Origin: Gemmatimonadota bacterium
Lineage (GTDB): Bacteria; Gemmatimonadota; Gemmatimonadetes; Longimicrobiales; Gaopeijiaceae
Direction of reading: 5' to 3'
NCBI GenBank assembly: GCA_034521595.1
Contig: JAXHMG010000003.1
Span: 736,001 to 800,000, forward strand
Length of the DNA: 64,000 nucleotides
How positions within the stretch are numbered: the stretch's first letter is position 1; every line of letters starts with the position of its first letter. Shown in pieces: positions 38,748 to 48,532 of this stretch. The position numbers and the translations under genes are program-made. Under the pieces are notes generated by a model that saw only the letters and a program-made list of their open reading frames with translations, ran no database searches and was not told where the DNA came from.

Positions 38748-41700
38748 AGCTCCGTGCCCTGAAGGTACACGGATTCAAGTCCTTCGCCGACAGCACCACC
38801 GTGGAGTTCCACGACGGGATCACGGCTGTCGTGGGACCGAACGGCTGTGGCAAGTCCAACATCGGAGATGCCATTCGGTGGGTGCTCGGTGAGCAGCGGG
38901 CGTCCGCCATCCGCGGCACCCGCATGGAAGAGGCCATCTTCCAAGGGACGGTCGGACGCCGTCCCGTCAACCGCGGCTCGGTGTCGCTCATCGTGAGTAA
39001 CGACGACGGATCCCTTCCGGTTCCCTTCGAGGAAGTGGAGGTGGGTCGACAGGTGTTCCGGGACGGCGGCTCCGAATACTCCATCAATCGCTCGGCGTGC
39101 CGCCTCAAGGATGTCGTGGAGCTCTGTCGCGACACCGGTCTGGGCGCGAACGCCTACTCCGTCATCGAGAACAAGATGATCGACGCGATTCTTTCGGACC
39201 GTGCCGAGGAGCGTCGGGGACTGTTCGAGGAAGCGTCCGGAATCGGGAAGTACAAGGACCGGCGTAAGGCGGCGAATAGACGGCTCGAGCGGGCGGAGAT
39301 GGACCTCCAGCGGCTGGAGGACGTAATCTCCGAGGTCGAGACCAAGGTGCGTTCTCTGGCTCGTCAGAAAGGGAAGGCACAACGGTACATGGAGCTGCGT
39401 CAACGCCGGCTCGACGTGGAAGCGACCGTGGTCCGACGCGAGATGTCGTCCCTCACGGACCGGCTGAGCCAGGTGGACCAAGAGCTCCAGGGCGATAGCT
39501 GGACGGCCGAAGGCATGCGCGCCGAGCTCCGAAAGGCGGAGGCCGAGGTCGAGTCTCTCCGGCTCAAGGAGGTGGAAGCTCAGAAGGCGCGGACCGAAGC
39601 GGCGGACGTGTTGGAGCGGACCCGCGAGAAGCTGGTCGAATGGGAGCGGGATTTAGCCGTCGCAAATGAGCGCGAGGCATATGCGGAGCGCAGGCTGGCC
39701 CGGATCGACGAGGAGCGTCGAGAGGCCCTCGAGCGGGCGGAAGCGATGGAGCGGGAGGCGGAGGAGCTCGAAGAGGAGCGGGCGAAGTGTGAAACGGAGC
39801 TTCAGGAAGCTCGCCGGAGCGCGGACGCGAAGGCGGGCGAAGCCGAGGGGGTGCGGAACGAGCTAGCCGAGGCTCGCTCGCGGGTCGAGACGGCGCAGGA
39901 ACGCACCAGGGAGATCGCACGGCGCACCGCCCAGCTACAGGGAGACGCGGAGGCGGCGGACGCGCAGGCCGAAGAGTTGGAGCGGAGGCTGGAGAAAACC
40001 CGCGAAGAGCTCGAGACCGCGACCGAGCAGCTTTCCGATCTGGCCTCCCAGGGGGACCTCTTCTCCGGCCGCCTCGATGAGCTGGCCCGGGACGTGGAAG
40101 AGGCCCACCGGGAATTCGAACGGCAGCGGTCCGAGGTCGACGAGGCCAGGGAGGCGCTCGAGAAGGCGCGGGAGGGGGAGCGCGAAGCGGTGGACCGTGC
40201 GGCGGAAATCGGTGCCCGCGTGGAGGCGCTCGAACGGTTGGAGCGGGACCAGGAAGGGGTCGAGCCCGTCGTTCGGGCCGCCTTGGATCTCGGAGACGAC
40301 GGGGTTTGGGGAACCCTCGCGGACTTCATCGCCGGTCCACCCGAGACGGTGGCGGCGGCCGAGGCCTATCTCGGCTCGGTGGCGCGTGCGCTCGTCGTCG
40401 AGGACGATGCGACGGTTCACAGGCTCGTGGACTGGTTCGCTGCGTCGTGGACGGAGGGGGGCGGCTTGACCTTGCTTCCCCTCGATCGTGTGCCGGTCGA
40501 GGAACCGGGTGGTGGCGTGCTGTTGGATGGATTGACCGTGGAGGAGCCGGCCGCGGCGTGGGTGAGGGCGCTTCTCACGGGTGTCGAGCTCGAGGGCTCG
40601 ACGGCTGGAGGTGTACCGGTCACGAGCTACCGCGGTGTCGTGCGGATGGGTAATCCAACGGGCGCATCCGGGATTCTGGAACGGAAGGAACGGTTGCGTC
40701 TGTTGCGAGCCGAGCACAACGAGGCGCTGGATGTGGCGTCCGGAGCTAGCGCGACACGGATGAGCTCCCAGGAAACCCTTTCGAAGGCCGAGGAGGAGCT
40801 CGAGAGGCTCCGGACGGCCTGGCGGAAGGCCGAAGATGGTCACCGTAAGGCCGAGGCGGAGCTCGAGGCGCAATCCGATCAGCATGGGCGTATGGATCGC
40901 CGGCGCGACGACCTGTCTCGGCAGCTCGAGGGGACGCGAGCAACGCGCGAGCGGGCCATCGAGCGTGCCCGGGAGGCCCGAGCGGAGCGGGAGACGCTCA
41001 TCGAGCAGGAATCGGGCGTCGAGGAGGAACGGGAAGCCGCGGGGAAGGCTCTCGAGGCCGTGCAGGAGCGTTGGGAAGCCGTCCGCGCCGAGGAAGCCCG
41101 CCTGGCGGTGGATGTCGCCCGCCTGGAAGGGGATTTGCGGCGACTGACCGAGAAGCTCCAGAGCTCCACCCGGGTTCGGGAGGAGGCCGGTGAACGAGCC
41201 GGCTCCCTCGACGAGGAGGAAGGGGCCTTGCGCCGCGAGCGCGAGGATCTGCGCACCCGTAGGGCGGAAGGGGAAGCCGCGATCGAACGTTTGTTCGAGG
41301 AGCGGACGGCTGCCGAGGAAGCGTTGCGAAAGCGGGAAGAAGCGTTACAGGGCGTCAGCGATGCACTCGCTGCCGCGGAACGACACGCGCGGGAAGCGCG
41401 CACCGCCGAGCGAGAGTCTTCCGATCGGCGGCACGAGCTGGAGCTCGAGCGCCAGGAGTTGACCGGGCGCGTCGAGCGGATCCGTGAGCGTCTAGAAGGG
41501 GAATGGGGTCGAGCCCTGGAATCCCTGATGGAGGAGGCGAACGAGGTCGCGGGTGACACTGAGGCGCTCCAAGAGGAGCTGACCGAGATCGTCGAGGCGC
41601 TGGAGCGCATCGGGCCGGTGAACATGCTCGCGGTCGAAGAGCACGCGGAAGAAACCGAGCGGCTCGACTTCCTCCAGGGGCAGCGGGATGACCTGATCGA

Positions 41701-42229
41701 AGCTCGCAACGACCTGCGGTCGGCCATCCGGGAGATCAATCGGACGGCGACGGACCTCTTCACGGGGACCTTCGAGGAGATTCGGCAGCACTTCCGCGAC
41801 ACGTTCGTGCGTCTCTTCGAAGGGGGCGATGCCGACATCAAGCTCGAGGATCCGGACGATCCGCTCGAGAGCCCCGTGGAGATCCATGCATCGCCGCGTG
41901 GCAAGAGGACGCAGCGCATCGACCTGCTCTCCGGCGGTGAGCGTGCGCTCACCGCTCTTTCTCTTCTGTTCGGCATCTATCTGGTGAAGCCGAGTCCCTT
42001 CTGTGTGCTCGACGAGGTCGACGCGCCTCTCGACGAGAACAACATCGGGCGGTTCATCCGACTCCTTCAGGACTTCAAGGAGCAGACGCAGTTCGTCGTC
42101 ATCACGCACAATCCGCGCACGATCGAGGCCGCGGATTGGATCTATGGGGTGACGATGGAGGAGCCTGGCGTCAGCACGATCGTGGGCGTGAAGCTCGAGG
42201 AAGCGCTCGAGGCCGCCGGCATCGCCTGA
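38744..42229 (+). CDS. smc: Chromosome segregation protein SMC
   Basis: GFKSF, GPNGCGKSN, long coiled coils, hinge, LSGGE, PFCVLDEVDAPLD. Confidence 0.98.
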   Translation: MKLRALKVHGFKSFADSTTVEFHDGITAVVGPNGCGKSNIGDAIRWVLGEQRASAIRGTRMEEAIFQGTVGRRPVNRGSVSLIVSNDDGSLPVPFEEVEVGRQVFRDGGSEYSINRSACRLKDVVELCRDTGLGANAYSVIENKMIDAILSDRAEERRGLFEEASGIGKYKDRRKAANRRLERAEMDLQRLEDVISEVETKVRSLARQKGKAQRYMELRQRRLDVEATVVRREMSSLTDRLSQVDQELQGDSWTAEGMRAELRKAEAEVESLRLKEVEAQKARTEAADVLERTREKLVEWERDLAVANEREAYAERRLARIDEERREALERAEAMEREAEELEEERAKCETELQEARRSADAKAGEAEGVRNELAEARSRVETAQERTREIARRTAQLQGDAEAADAQAEELERRLEKTREELETATEQLSDLASQGDLFSGRLDELARDVEEAHREFERQRSEVDEAREALEKAREGEREAVDRAAEIGARVEALERLERDQEGVEPVVRAALDLGDDGVWGTLADFIAGPPETVAAAEAYLGSVARALVVEDDATVHRLVDWFAASWTEGGGLTLLPLDRVPVEEPGGGVLLDGLTVEEPAAAWVRALLTGVELEGSTAGGVPVTSYRGVVRMGNPTGASGILERKERLRLLRAEHNEALDVASGASATRMSSQETLSKAEEELERLRTAWRKAEDGHRKAEAELEAQSDQHGRMDRRRDDLSRQLEGTRATRERAIERAREARAERETLIEQESGVEEEREAAGKALEAVQERWEAVRAEEARLAVDVARLEGDLRRLTEKLQSSTRVREEAGERAGSLDEEEGALRREREDLRTRRAEGEAAIERLFEERTAAEEALRKREEALQGVSDALAAAERHAREARTAERESSDRRHELELERQELTGRVERIRERLEGEWGRALESLMEEANEVAGDTEALQEELTEIVEALERIGPVNMLAVEEHAEETERLDFLQGQRDDLIEARNDLRSAIREINRTATDLFTGTFEEIRQHFRDTFVRLFEGGDADIKLEDPDDPLESPVEIHASPRGKRTQRIDLLSGGERALTALSLLFGIYLVKPSPFCVLDEVDAPLDENNIGRFIRLLQDFKEQTQFVVITHNPRTIEAADWIYGVTMEEPGVSTIVGVKLEEALEAAGIA

Positions 42230-42249
42230 CGGGCCGCGGCCGCACGACG

Positions 42250-43053
42250 ATGCAGATCACCGTCCTCGGATCCGGAACGCTCCTGCCGAGCGCGACCCGA
42301 AGCTCTTCAGCGTACCACGTCGACGTGGCCGGCGCCTCGGTGCTGTTGGACTGTGGTGCCGGAACCCTCCACGGGATGGCGCGACACGATGTGGCGTGGT
42401 CCGCGATCACCCATCTGGCGGTGACGCACTTTCACCCCGACCACGTGGGCGACCTCACGGCCTTCCTTTTCGCGGTTCGAAACGGTATGGAACGGACGCG
42501 AACCGATCCGCTCACCCTGCTCGGGCCCCCCGGTTTCGAAACCTTTCTCGAACGGCTCGCCGCTGCCATGGGCGCGTGGGTCCTGGATCCGGGATATCCG
42601 CTCCACGTGAGGGAGATCTCCCAAGCCACCCCGTTCGAGGATCGTCGCTTCGGTCTCCGCATCGAAGCGTGTTCCACTCCGCACACCCAGGAGTCGGTGG
42701 CGTACCGGCTGACCGAAGGGACGGAGAGTCTGGGCTATACGGGCGATACGGGGCCGTCGAAGCGGGTGGCGTCCTTTCTGGAAGGCTGCGGGCTTCTGCT
42801 GAGCGAGTGCGCTTGGCCGGACGAGAGCCCCGGAGATGGGCACCTCACTCCGAGAAGCGTTTCGAAGCTGGCCCGCCGCGTCCGTCCGAGCCTTCTCGTG
42901 CTGACGCACGTGTACCCGCCGATGACACCGTCCGAGGCGGAGCGCCGGGTCCGTGAGATGTACGAGGGCCGCACCCGAGCGGCCGAGGACGGCATGCGGA
43001 TCATGTCCGGAGCCGCCGGGTGGGTCGTGGACCCTTCCGAGAGCGCGGTGTAG
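42250..43053 (+). CDS. MBL-fold metallo-hydrolase (RNase Z/AtsA-like)
   Basis: VLGSG, LLDCGAG, THFHPDH, YTGDTG, GHLT, LTHVY. Confidence 0.88.
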   Translation: MQITVLGSGTLLPSATRSSSAYHVDVAGASVLLDCGAGTLHGMARHDVAWSAITHLAVTHFHPDHVGDLTAFLFAVRNGMERTRTDPLTLLGPPGFETFLERLAAAMGAWVLDPGYPLHVREISQATPFEDRRFGLRIEACSTPHTQESVAYRLTEGTESLGYTGDTGPSKRVASFLEGCGLLLSECAWPDESPGDGHLTPRSVSKLARRVRPSLLVLTHVYPPMTPSEAERRVREMYEGRTRAAEDGMRIMSGAAGWVVDPSESAV

Positions 43054-43104
43054 ACTTCAGGACGGCCCATCCGGCCATTCATTCCCACTGCCAGTGACGG
43101 TGCC

Positions 43105-44157
43105 ATGCTCGTCGTGATGAAGCACAATGCGACCTCGACCCAGATCGATACGGTGGTCGACGCCATCAAGGAAATGGGGTACGATGCCCGCCCGATTCCC
43201 GGGGAGCAGCGTACCGCCGTGGGCCTCATCGGGAACGACGGTCGGGTCGACTCCGCACGTCTCGAGGGGCTCGAGGGCGTGCTCGAGGTCATCCCGGTGA
43301 CCCAGCCGTATAAGCAAGTTTCCCGCGAGTGGCGGGAAGACGACACCCTCATCACCCTACCGAACGGGACCGTCATCGGCGGCACGGACATCGCCGTCAT
43401 GGCCGGGCCTTGCGCCGTCGAGAGCGAGCACCAGATCCTGGGTGTCGCCCGCCAGCTCCGGGAGATGGGGGCGACCGTCTTGAGGGGAGGGGCGTTCAAG
43501 CCTCGCACGTCTCCCTATGCATTCCAGGGGCTGGGAGAGGAGGGATTGAGGCTCCTGGCAAGGGCTCGAGCGGAGACCGGCATGGCCGTGGTCACCGAGG
43601 CTCTGGACGTGGCCGGCGTCGATCTCGTCGCGGAGTACGCCGATGTCATCCAGATCGGGGCCCGTAACATGCAGAACTACCCACTGCTCCGACGAGCGGG
43701 CGAGGTTGGCAAGCCCGTTTTGCTGAAGCGGGGAATGTCGGCGACCATCGACGAGTTGCTCCTTGCCGCCGAGTATATTCTGGCGGAAGGGAACGACGAC
43801 GTGATGTTGTGTGAGCGAGGGGTGCGCAGCTTCGACAGTCATACGCGCAACCTCATGGATCTCGCCGCAATCCCTGTGGTGAAGGGGCTATCGCACTTGC
43901 CCGTCGTGGCGGACCCGAGTCACGGGACTGGCGTGCGCTCGAAGGTGATCCCGATGGCCCGCGCGGCCGTGGCCGCCGGGGCGGACGCACTCATGATCGA
44001 GGTCCATCCGGATCCACCGCACGCCATGTCGGACGGAGCGCAATCCCTCTATCCCGAGGAGTTCGCGGAGCTGATGGAGCAAATCCGGGTGATCGCTCGG
44101 TCCATCGGGCGTGACCTCACCCCGGCTCTGGCTGCTGCCACCGCGCCGAGCACCTAG
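43105..44157 (+). CDS. aroF: 3-deoxy-7-phosphoheptulonate synthase (type I-beta, N-terminal regulatory domain)
   Basis: [48 protein letters not shown]. Confidence 0.96.
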   Translation: MLVVMKHNATSTQIDTVVDAIKEMGYDARPIPGEQRTAVGLIGNDGRVDSARLEGLEGVLEVIPVTQPYKQVSREWREDDTLITLPNGTVIGGTDIAVMAGPCAVESEHQILGVARQLREMGATVLRGGAFKPRTSPYAFQGLGEEGLRLLARARAETGMAVVTEALDVAGVDLVAEYADVIQIGARNMQNYPLLRRAGEVGKPVLLKRGMSATIDELLLAAEYILAEGNDDVMLCERGVRSFDSHTRNLMDLAAIPVVKGLSHLPVVADPSHGTGVRSKVIPMARAAVAAGADALMIEVHPDPPHAMSDGAQSLYPEEFAELMEQIRVIARSIGRDLTPALAAATAPST

Positions 44158-44211
44158 CAGCCAGTCCCGTCCGGACATGTCTTCGCCCCGGGGCCGTACT
44201 CAGGTTGGAGT

Positions 44212-44601
44212 ATGGCACCGGAATCCACGTACCCGCCCCATCGCTTGGGACGCAGAGGCGAAGCGCTCGCGGCCCACCTCTTCGCGGCCCGAGGCTGGCG
44301 GGTCTTGGCGCGCAATTATCGGGCCGGCCGGCGGGAAGTCGACATCGTCGTCCGCCAGGGAAGACTGCTGGTCTTCGTCGAGGTCAAGACGCGCACGGGA
44401 CGCGGCTTCGGAGGGCCCCAAGCGGCGGTCACGCGTCTGAAGCGCCGCGAGATCGAGGCGGTCGCTCTGGATTACTTGACCCGACACGTGCGGTGGGACG
44501 CAGAGGTCCGCTTCGATGTCGTCGCCATCCGTTTCGATGCGTCCGGGCGGGTCGGTCGGGTCGAGCACATCGAGGACGCTTGGCGCCCCGGCTGGACCTG
44601 A
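44212..44601 (+). CDS. yraN: YraN family (UPF0102) putative endonuclease
   Basis: LGRRGEALA, ARNYR..REVDIV, VFVEVKTR, RFDVVAI, HIEDAW. Confidence 0.92.
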   Translation: MAPESTYPPHRLGRRGEALAAHLFAARGWRVLARNYRAGRREVDIVVRQGRLLVFVEVKTRTGRGFGGPQAAVTRLKRREIEAVALDYLTRHVRWDAEVRFDVVAIRFDASGRVGRVEHIEDAWRPGWT

Positions 44602-44631
44602 CGGAGGTGCTCGAGCCGGAGTGGGCACGCG

Positions 44632-44660
44632 TTGACCCGATCCGGGCGGGCGGGTACCTT
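44632..44660 (+). promoter_or_regulatory. Putative sigma70 promoter of ffs
   Basis: TTGACC-N17-TACCTT ending 6 nt before the SRP RNA 5' end. Confidence 0.65.
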
Positions 44661-44666
44661 GAAGCG

Positions 44667-44764
44667 TGCCCCAGGTCCGCAGGGCGAGAGCCCGCGAATC
44701 CCGTCAGGACCCCGCAGGTAGCAGCGGTAAGTGCGGTGATCGTCGCTGCGGGTAGCCTGGGGCA
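44667..44764 (+). ncRNA. ffs: Signal recognition particle RNA (small, 4.5S type)
   Basis: Terminal stem TGCCCCAGG/CCTGGGGCA; core CCGTCAGG-ACC..GGT-AGCAGCGGTAAG; T-rich run after; directly upstream of dnaX. Confidence 0.9.
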
Positions 44765-44802
44765 TCTTCTTTTCCCGGTGATGAGCTCAAGGCCGCAACC
44801 AC

Positions 44803-46494
44803 TTGACGCACACAGCGTTAGCTCGGAGATACAGGCCGAGGTCGTTCGCCGACGTGGCGACGCAGGAGCACGTTTCCGAGACCCTCCGGAAGGCGGTCGC
44901 CGGAAACCGGGTCAGTCACGCCTACCTGTTTTGCGGTCCCCGGGGCGTGGGAAAGACGACGCTCGCCCGCGTGCTCGCGATGGCCTTGAACTGTCCCAAC
45001 CGGGACGAGACAGGGGAACCTTGCGGCGCGTGTGATAGCTGCGACCGCATCTGGGGCGGGCAGACGGCCCTTGATGTCGTCGAGATCGACGCAGCCTCGA
45101 ACCGTGGGGTGGAGGACGCCCGGGAGCTGCGCGAGCGGGCCATGTACGCGCCTTCGGAGGACGGGCGCTACAAGGTGTACATCGTCGACGAAGCCCACAT
45201 GCTCACCCGCGAGGCATGGAACGCGCTCCTGAAGATCCTCGAGGAGCCCCCCTCGAGGGTCATCTTCGTCTTCGCGACGACCGAGCCACAGAAGATCCAA
45301 CAGGCAGCTGCGCCCATCCTGTCGCGTTGCCAGCGCTTCGATTTCCGCCGCTTCGGGGTGTCCGACATCGTGAGGCGCCTCGGCGGCGTGCTCGAAGGGG
45401 AGGACACCGAGGCGTCGGAAGAAGCGCTGCGAATCCTGGCGCGGAAGGCCGACGGGGGCATGCGGGACGCCCTGTCTCTGTTGGATCAGGTCCTCGCACT
45501 CACGGGGGGATCGGTCGATCCGGCCTCGGTTCGCCGTGTGCTGGGGCTCGTGGAGGAAGAGCGGTATCTGGAGCTGCTCCAGATCATCGCCGAGCGTCGC
45601 CATGCGGACGTGTTCACGTTCGTCGGCGAGCTCGTGGACGAAGGGTACGACCTCGTGGAGTTCTACCACGGCCTGCTCGACACGTTGCGGATGCTCCTGC
45701 GTCTCCGTCTCGATCCGGATACGGAGCTCGATCTTCCGGAGGGCTCGAAGCGGGACCTCGCACAACACGCCGAGGTCTTCGAGCCCGGTGATCTGGTGCG
45801 GATGCTGGCATCGGCGGCCGAGCTGGAGGGGCAGGGGAGCCTCCGGCGCAGCGTCAACCCGAGGATTCTCATCGAGATGCTGCTTCTCCGTATGAGCTAC
45901 ATGGATCGTACGGTACAGTTGGAGGAGCTGCTCGGCGCGCTGGGTGGAGCGCCGCCTGCCGGTGGAGTGGCCGGGGGGACGGACGAAGGCTCGAAGCCGA
46001 CTACCGACCGGTCCGAGTCGGTCGCGACGGGAACGGACGCCGCCCCTCCCACCAGGGCCGTGTCCGTGGCTTCGGATGAAGCCGGTCCCGGGCCCCTTCG
46101 GCCGGAACGGGCGTCCGCACCGGCGAGGTCGGGGGCCGAAGCGTGGAAGCGTTGGCTTGACGACGGAACGGGCGTGCCCGTGGGTTTCGCGGCGTTTCTC
46201 CGATCTTCCACCGTCGAGGACCGCGGTGACGGCGGCATCTCGATCTCACCGCTGCCGGGCCCCGGAGCGGAGCGGTTGCGCGACCCGGACGTTCAGGAGG
46301 CGATTCGCCAAGGATTGGCGGAGCACCTGGGACGAACGCCGGACCTGCACATCGGAGCGGCTTCAGAGGCCCCTCCGGGGACATCGCGGGTGACGGAATC
46401 CGAGGTCCGAGAAGATACGCTCCGCGCGCTCTTCCGGGAGGAACCCCGCTTGCGGCGGGCGGTAGAAGAACTCGATCTCGAGCTCATGGACTGA
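44803..46494 (+). CDS. dnaX: DNA polymerase III subunit gamma/tau
   Basis: LARRYRP, GPRGVGKTT, EIDAASNRGV, DEAHML, LLKILEEPP, SRCQRF; TTG start. Confidence 0.97.
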   Translation: MTHTALARRYRPRSFADVATQEHVSETLRKAVAGNRVSHAYLFCGPRGVGKTTLARVLAMALNCPNRDETGEPCGACDSCDRIWGGQTALDVVEIDAASNRGVEDARELRERAMYAPSEDGRYKVYIVDEAHMLTREAWNALLKILEEPPSRVIFVFATTEPQKIQQAAAPILSRCQRFDFRRFGVSDIVRRLGGVLEGEDTEASEEALRILARKADGGMRDALSLLDQVLALTGGSVDPASVRRVLGLVEEERYLELLQIIAERRHADVFTFVGELVDEGYDLVEFYHGLLDTLRMLLRLRLDPDTELDLPEGSKRDLAQHAEVFEPGDLVRMLASAAELEGQGSLRRSVNPRILIEMLLLRMSYMDRTVQLEELLGALGGAPPAGGVAGGTDEGSKPTTDRSESVATGTDAAPPTRAVSVASDEAGPGPLRPERASAPARSGAEAWKRWLDDGTGVPVGFAAFLRSSTVEDRGDGGISISPLPGPGAERLRDPDVQEAIRQGLAEHLGRTPDLHIGAASEAPPGTSRVTESEVREDTLRALFREEPRLRRAVEELDLELMD

Positions 46495-46501
46495 TTCCAT
46501 A

Positions 46502-46831
46502 ATGAACAACAACCTGCAACAGCTCATGCAGCTCGGCCAGGAGCTGCAATCCAAGATGACGAAGCTCCAGGAGTCGCTGGAGGAGAAGGAGGTTTCGGCG
46601 ACTTCCGGAGGTGGGATGGTCACGGCGACCGTCGATGGAAAGGGTAAGATCAAGCAGGTCCAGATCGATCCCACGTGCGTTGACCCACGAGACGTCGAGA
46701 TGCTCGAGGACTTGGTGTTGGCCGCCGTTTCCGAGGCTCAGACGAAGGCACTCGGCGAGTACGAAGAGGAGATGCGGAAGGCGACGGGGGGATTGCCGGG
46801 CAACCTTCCGGGGCTTCAGGGGCTGCTCTGA
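46502..46831 (+). CDS. ybaB: YbaB/EbfC nucleoid-associated protein
   Basis: SGGGMVTATVDGKG, DVEMLEDLVLAA; between dnaX and recR. Confidence 0.95.
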   Translation: MNNNLQQLMQLGQELQSKMTKLQESLEEKEVSATSGGGMVTATVDGKGKIKQVQIDPTCVDPRDVEMLEDLVLAAVSEAQTKALGEYEEEMRKATGGLPGNLPGLQGLL

Positions 46832-46856
46832 GCGTTCCCACTTGGAGGGCGCATCC

Positions 46857-47450
46857 ATGTCGGTGATCGATCGCCTCACCGACGACTTCGCGCGCCTCCC
46901 CGGGATTGGACGCAAGACGGCGCTGCGTCTCGTCCATCACCTCATGAAGGCACCCAAGGAGCAGCCGCGGCGGCTCGCCGGTTCCCTGGTGGAGCTCGCC
47001 GAGCGCATTCGACGGTGTGAGGAATGCGGCAACTTCAGCGAGCACGAGCTCTGTGAGATTTGCTCGAACCCGCGACGAGATCCCACGCTGCTCTGCATCG
47101 TGGAAGAAGCGTATCAGGTCAGCGCGATCGAACGGACGGGACAGTTCCGTGGGCTTTTCCACGTGCTGGGGGGACACTTGTCGCCGCTCGACGGCATCGG
47201 ACCGGAGGAGCTGAAGATCTCCGACCTGTTGGGACGAATCGAGCGCCGCGGCACCATCGAAGAGGTGATCATCGCCACGAACGCGAGTGTCGAAGGAGAG
47301 GCGACCGCGGTCTACATCGAGGAAGAGATCCGGCCCTTGGGTCCTCGGGTCACGCGGCTGGCGAGGGGCATTCCGGTGGGCAGTGATCTCGAATACGTAG
47401 ACGGTACAACGATCGCCCAGGCACTGGCCGGGCGCCGGGAAATGACATGA
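46857..47450 (+). CDS. recR: Recombination mediator RecR
   Basis: LPGIGRKTA, C4 zinc finger, HVLGG.LSPLDGIGP, EGEATA, RLARGIPVGSDLEYVD. Confidence 0.97.
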   Translation: MSVIDRLTDDFARLPGIGRKTALRLVHHLMKAPKEQPRRLAGSLVELAERIRRCEECGNFSEHELCEICSNPRRDPTLLCIVEEAYQVSAIERTGQFRGLFHVLGGHLSPLDGIGPEELKISDLLGRIERRGTIEEVIIATNASVEGEATAVYIEEEIRPLGPRVTRLARGIPVGSDLEYVDGTTIAQALAGRREMT

Positions 47451-47761
47451 GTCAAAGGCTGAGAACGGCAGGCATCACCATCCTCGCCGCGGCGGCTGCC
47501 GGGGCGGTCGCGGCCCTCGTCGTCCGTGATCAGATCACACGACACCAACGGAACCTGTTCAGCCCACGCGCCTTCAAGAGGCTGGCCGCGCTGGGTCACA
47601 TGGGACGGGAGCCGGCTTCCGTCGCACACATCCACCTGTTGCGGGACTTCCTCTCCTGGGAGCCGCGCAAGCTCCTCCGCGACCGCGCCCGGAGCATCGT
47701 GGAGCGGATGGAGCGGGAAGTCGGGCACACGGACTTCGGGGACGAGGACATTCCGGGTTGA
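47447..47761 (+). CDS. Small hypothetical protein with N-terminal hydrophobic segment
   Basis: ATGA overlap with recR; HQRNLFSPRAFKRLAALG..LLRDFLSWE. Confidence 0.7.
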   Translation: MSQRLRTAGITILAAAAAGAVAALVVRDQITRHQRNLFSPRAFKRLAALGHMGREPASVAHIHLLRDFLSWEPRKLLRDRARSIVERMEREVGHTDFGDEDIPG

Positions 47762-47945
47762 CGGAGGCAGGGATGCATCCCCGATCCCTTGCCCCTGGCG
47801 GGCCCGCCACCGAGTTTAGGAGCCGCTCGCCGTACGCACCCCGTCCCAATACCCTGTTCGGCTCGGGCGTCCCACCCCACCTGCCCGGCCTGCGAGGAGT
47901 TCCGGTGATCTTCAACTCGAACGCCCCGGGAGGTCACGTCGATTC

Positions 47946-48524
47946 ATGTCGATGATCAACTACGCCTCCCGTGAGATCAACTGCAAGATCGTCTATTACG
48001 GGACTGGGCTCGGGGGAAAGACCACGAACCTGGAGTACATCTACTCCAAGGTGAATCCGGAAACCAAGGGGAAGATGATCTCCTTGGCGACGGAGACGGA
48101 GCGAACCCTCTTCTTCGACTTCCTTCCGATCGACCTCGGTGAGGTTCGGGGGTTCAAGACCCGGTTCCACCTGTATACGGTTCCGGGACAGGTGTATTAC
48201 AACGCGAGCCGGCGCCTCATCTTGAAAGGTGTGGATGGTATCGTGTTCGTGGCCGACTCGCAGGCGAGCCGGGCCGAAGCGAACATCGAGTCGATGCACA
48301 ACCTCTACGAAAACCTCGAGACGTACGGGTACGACCTCCAGACGATCCCGTTCGCCATGCAGTACAACAAGCGGGATCTGCCGGATATCCTTCCGGTCGA
48401 AGAACTGCGGGCACAGATCAACCCGATGGAGGTGCCCGACTTCGAAGCGACGGCGATCGAAGGCAAGGGAGTGTTCGAAACCCTTTCCTGCGTGAGCAAG
48501 CTCGTCGTCAAGACACTTTCCTGA
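47946..48524 (+). CDS. mglA: MglA-family small Ras-like GTPase
   Basis: [58 protein letters not shown]. Confidence 0.95.
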   Translation: MSMINYASREINCKIVYYGTGLGGKTTNLEYIYSKVNPETKGKMISLATETERTLFFDFLPIDLGEVRGFKTRFHLYTVPGQVYYNASRRLILKGVDGIVFVADSQASRAEANIESMHNLYENLETYGYDLQTIPFAMQYNKRDLPDILPVEELRAQINPMEVPDFEATAIEGKGVFETLSCVSKLVVKTLS

Positions 48525-48532
48525 GGTGCTCC

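Noticed and set aside
44803-46494. Programmed frameshift site in dnaX
   Set aside because: No A AAA AAG or long A-run seen.
47758-47955. 65-aa ORF as an mglB remnant
   Set aside because: Pro-rich, with no roadblock-like pattern; probably spurious.
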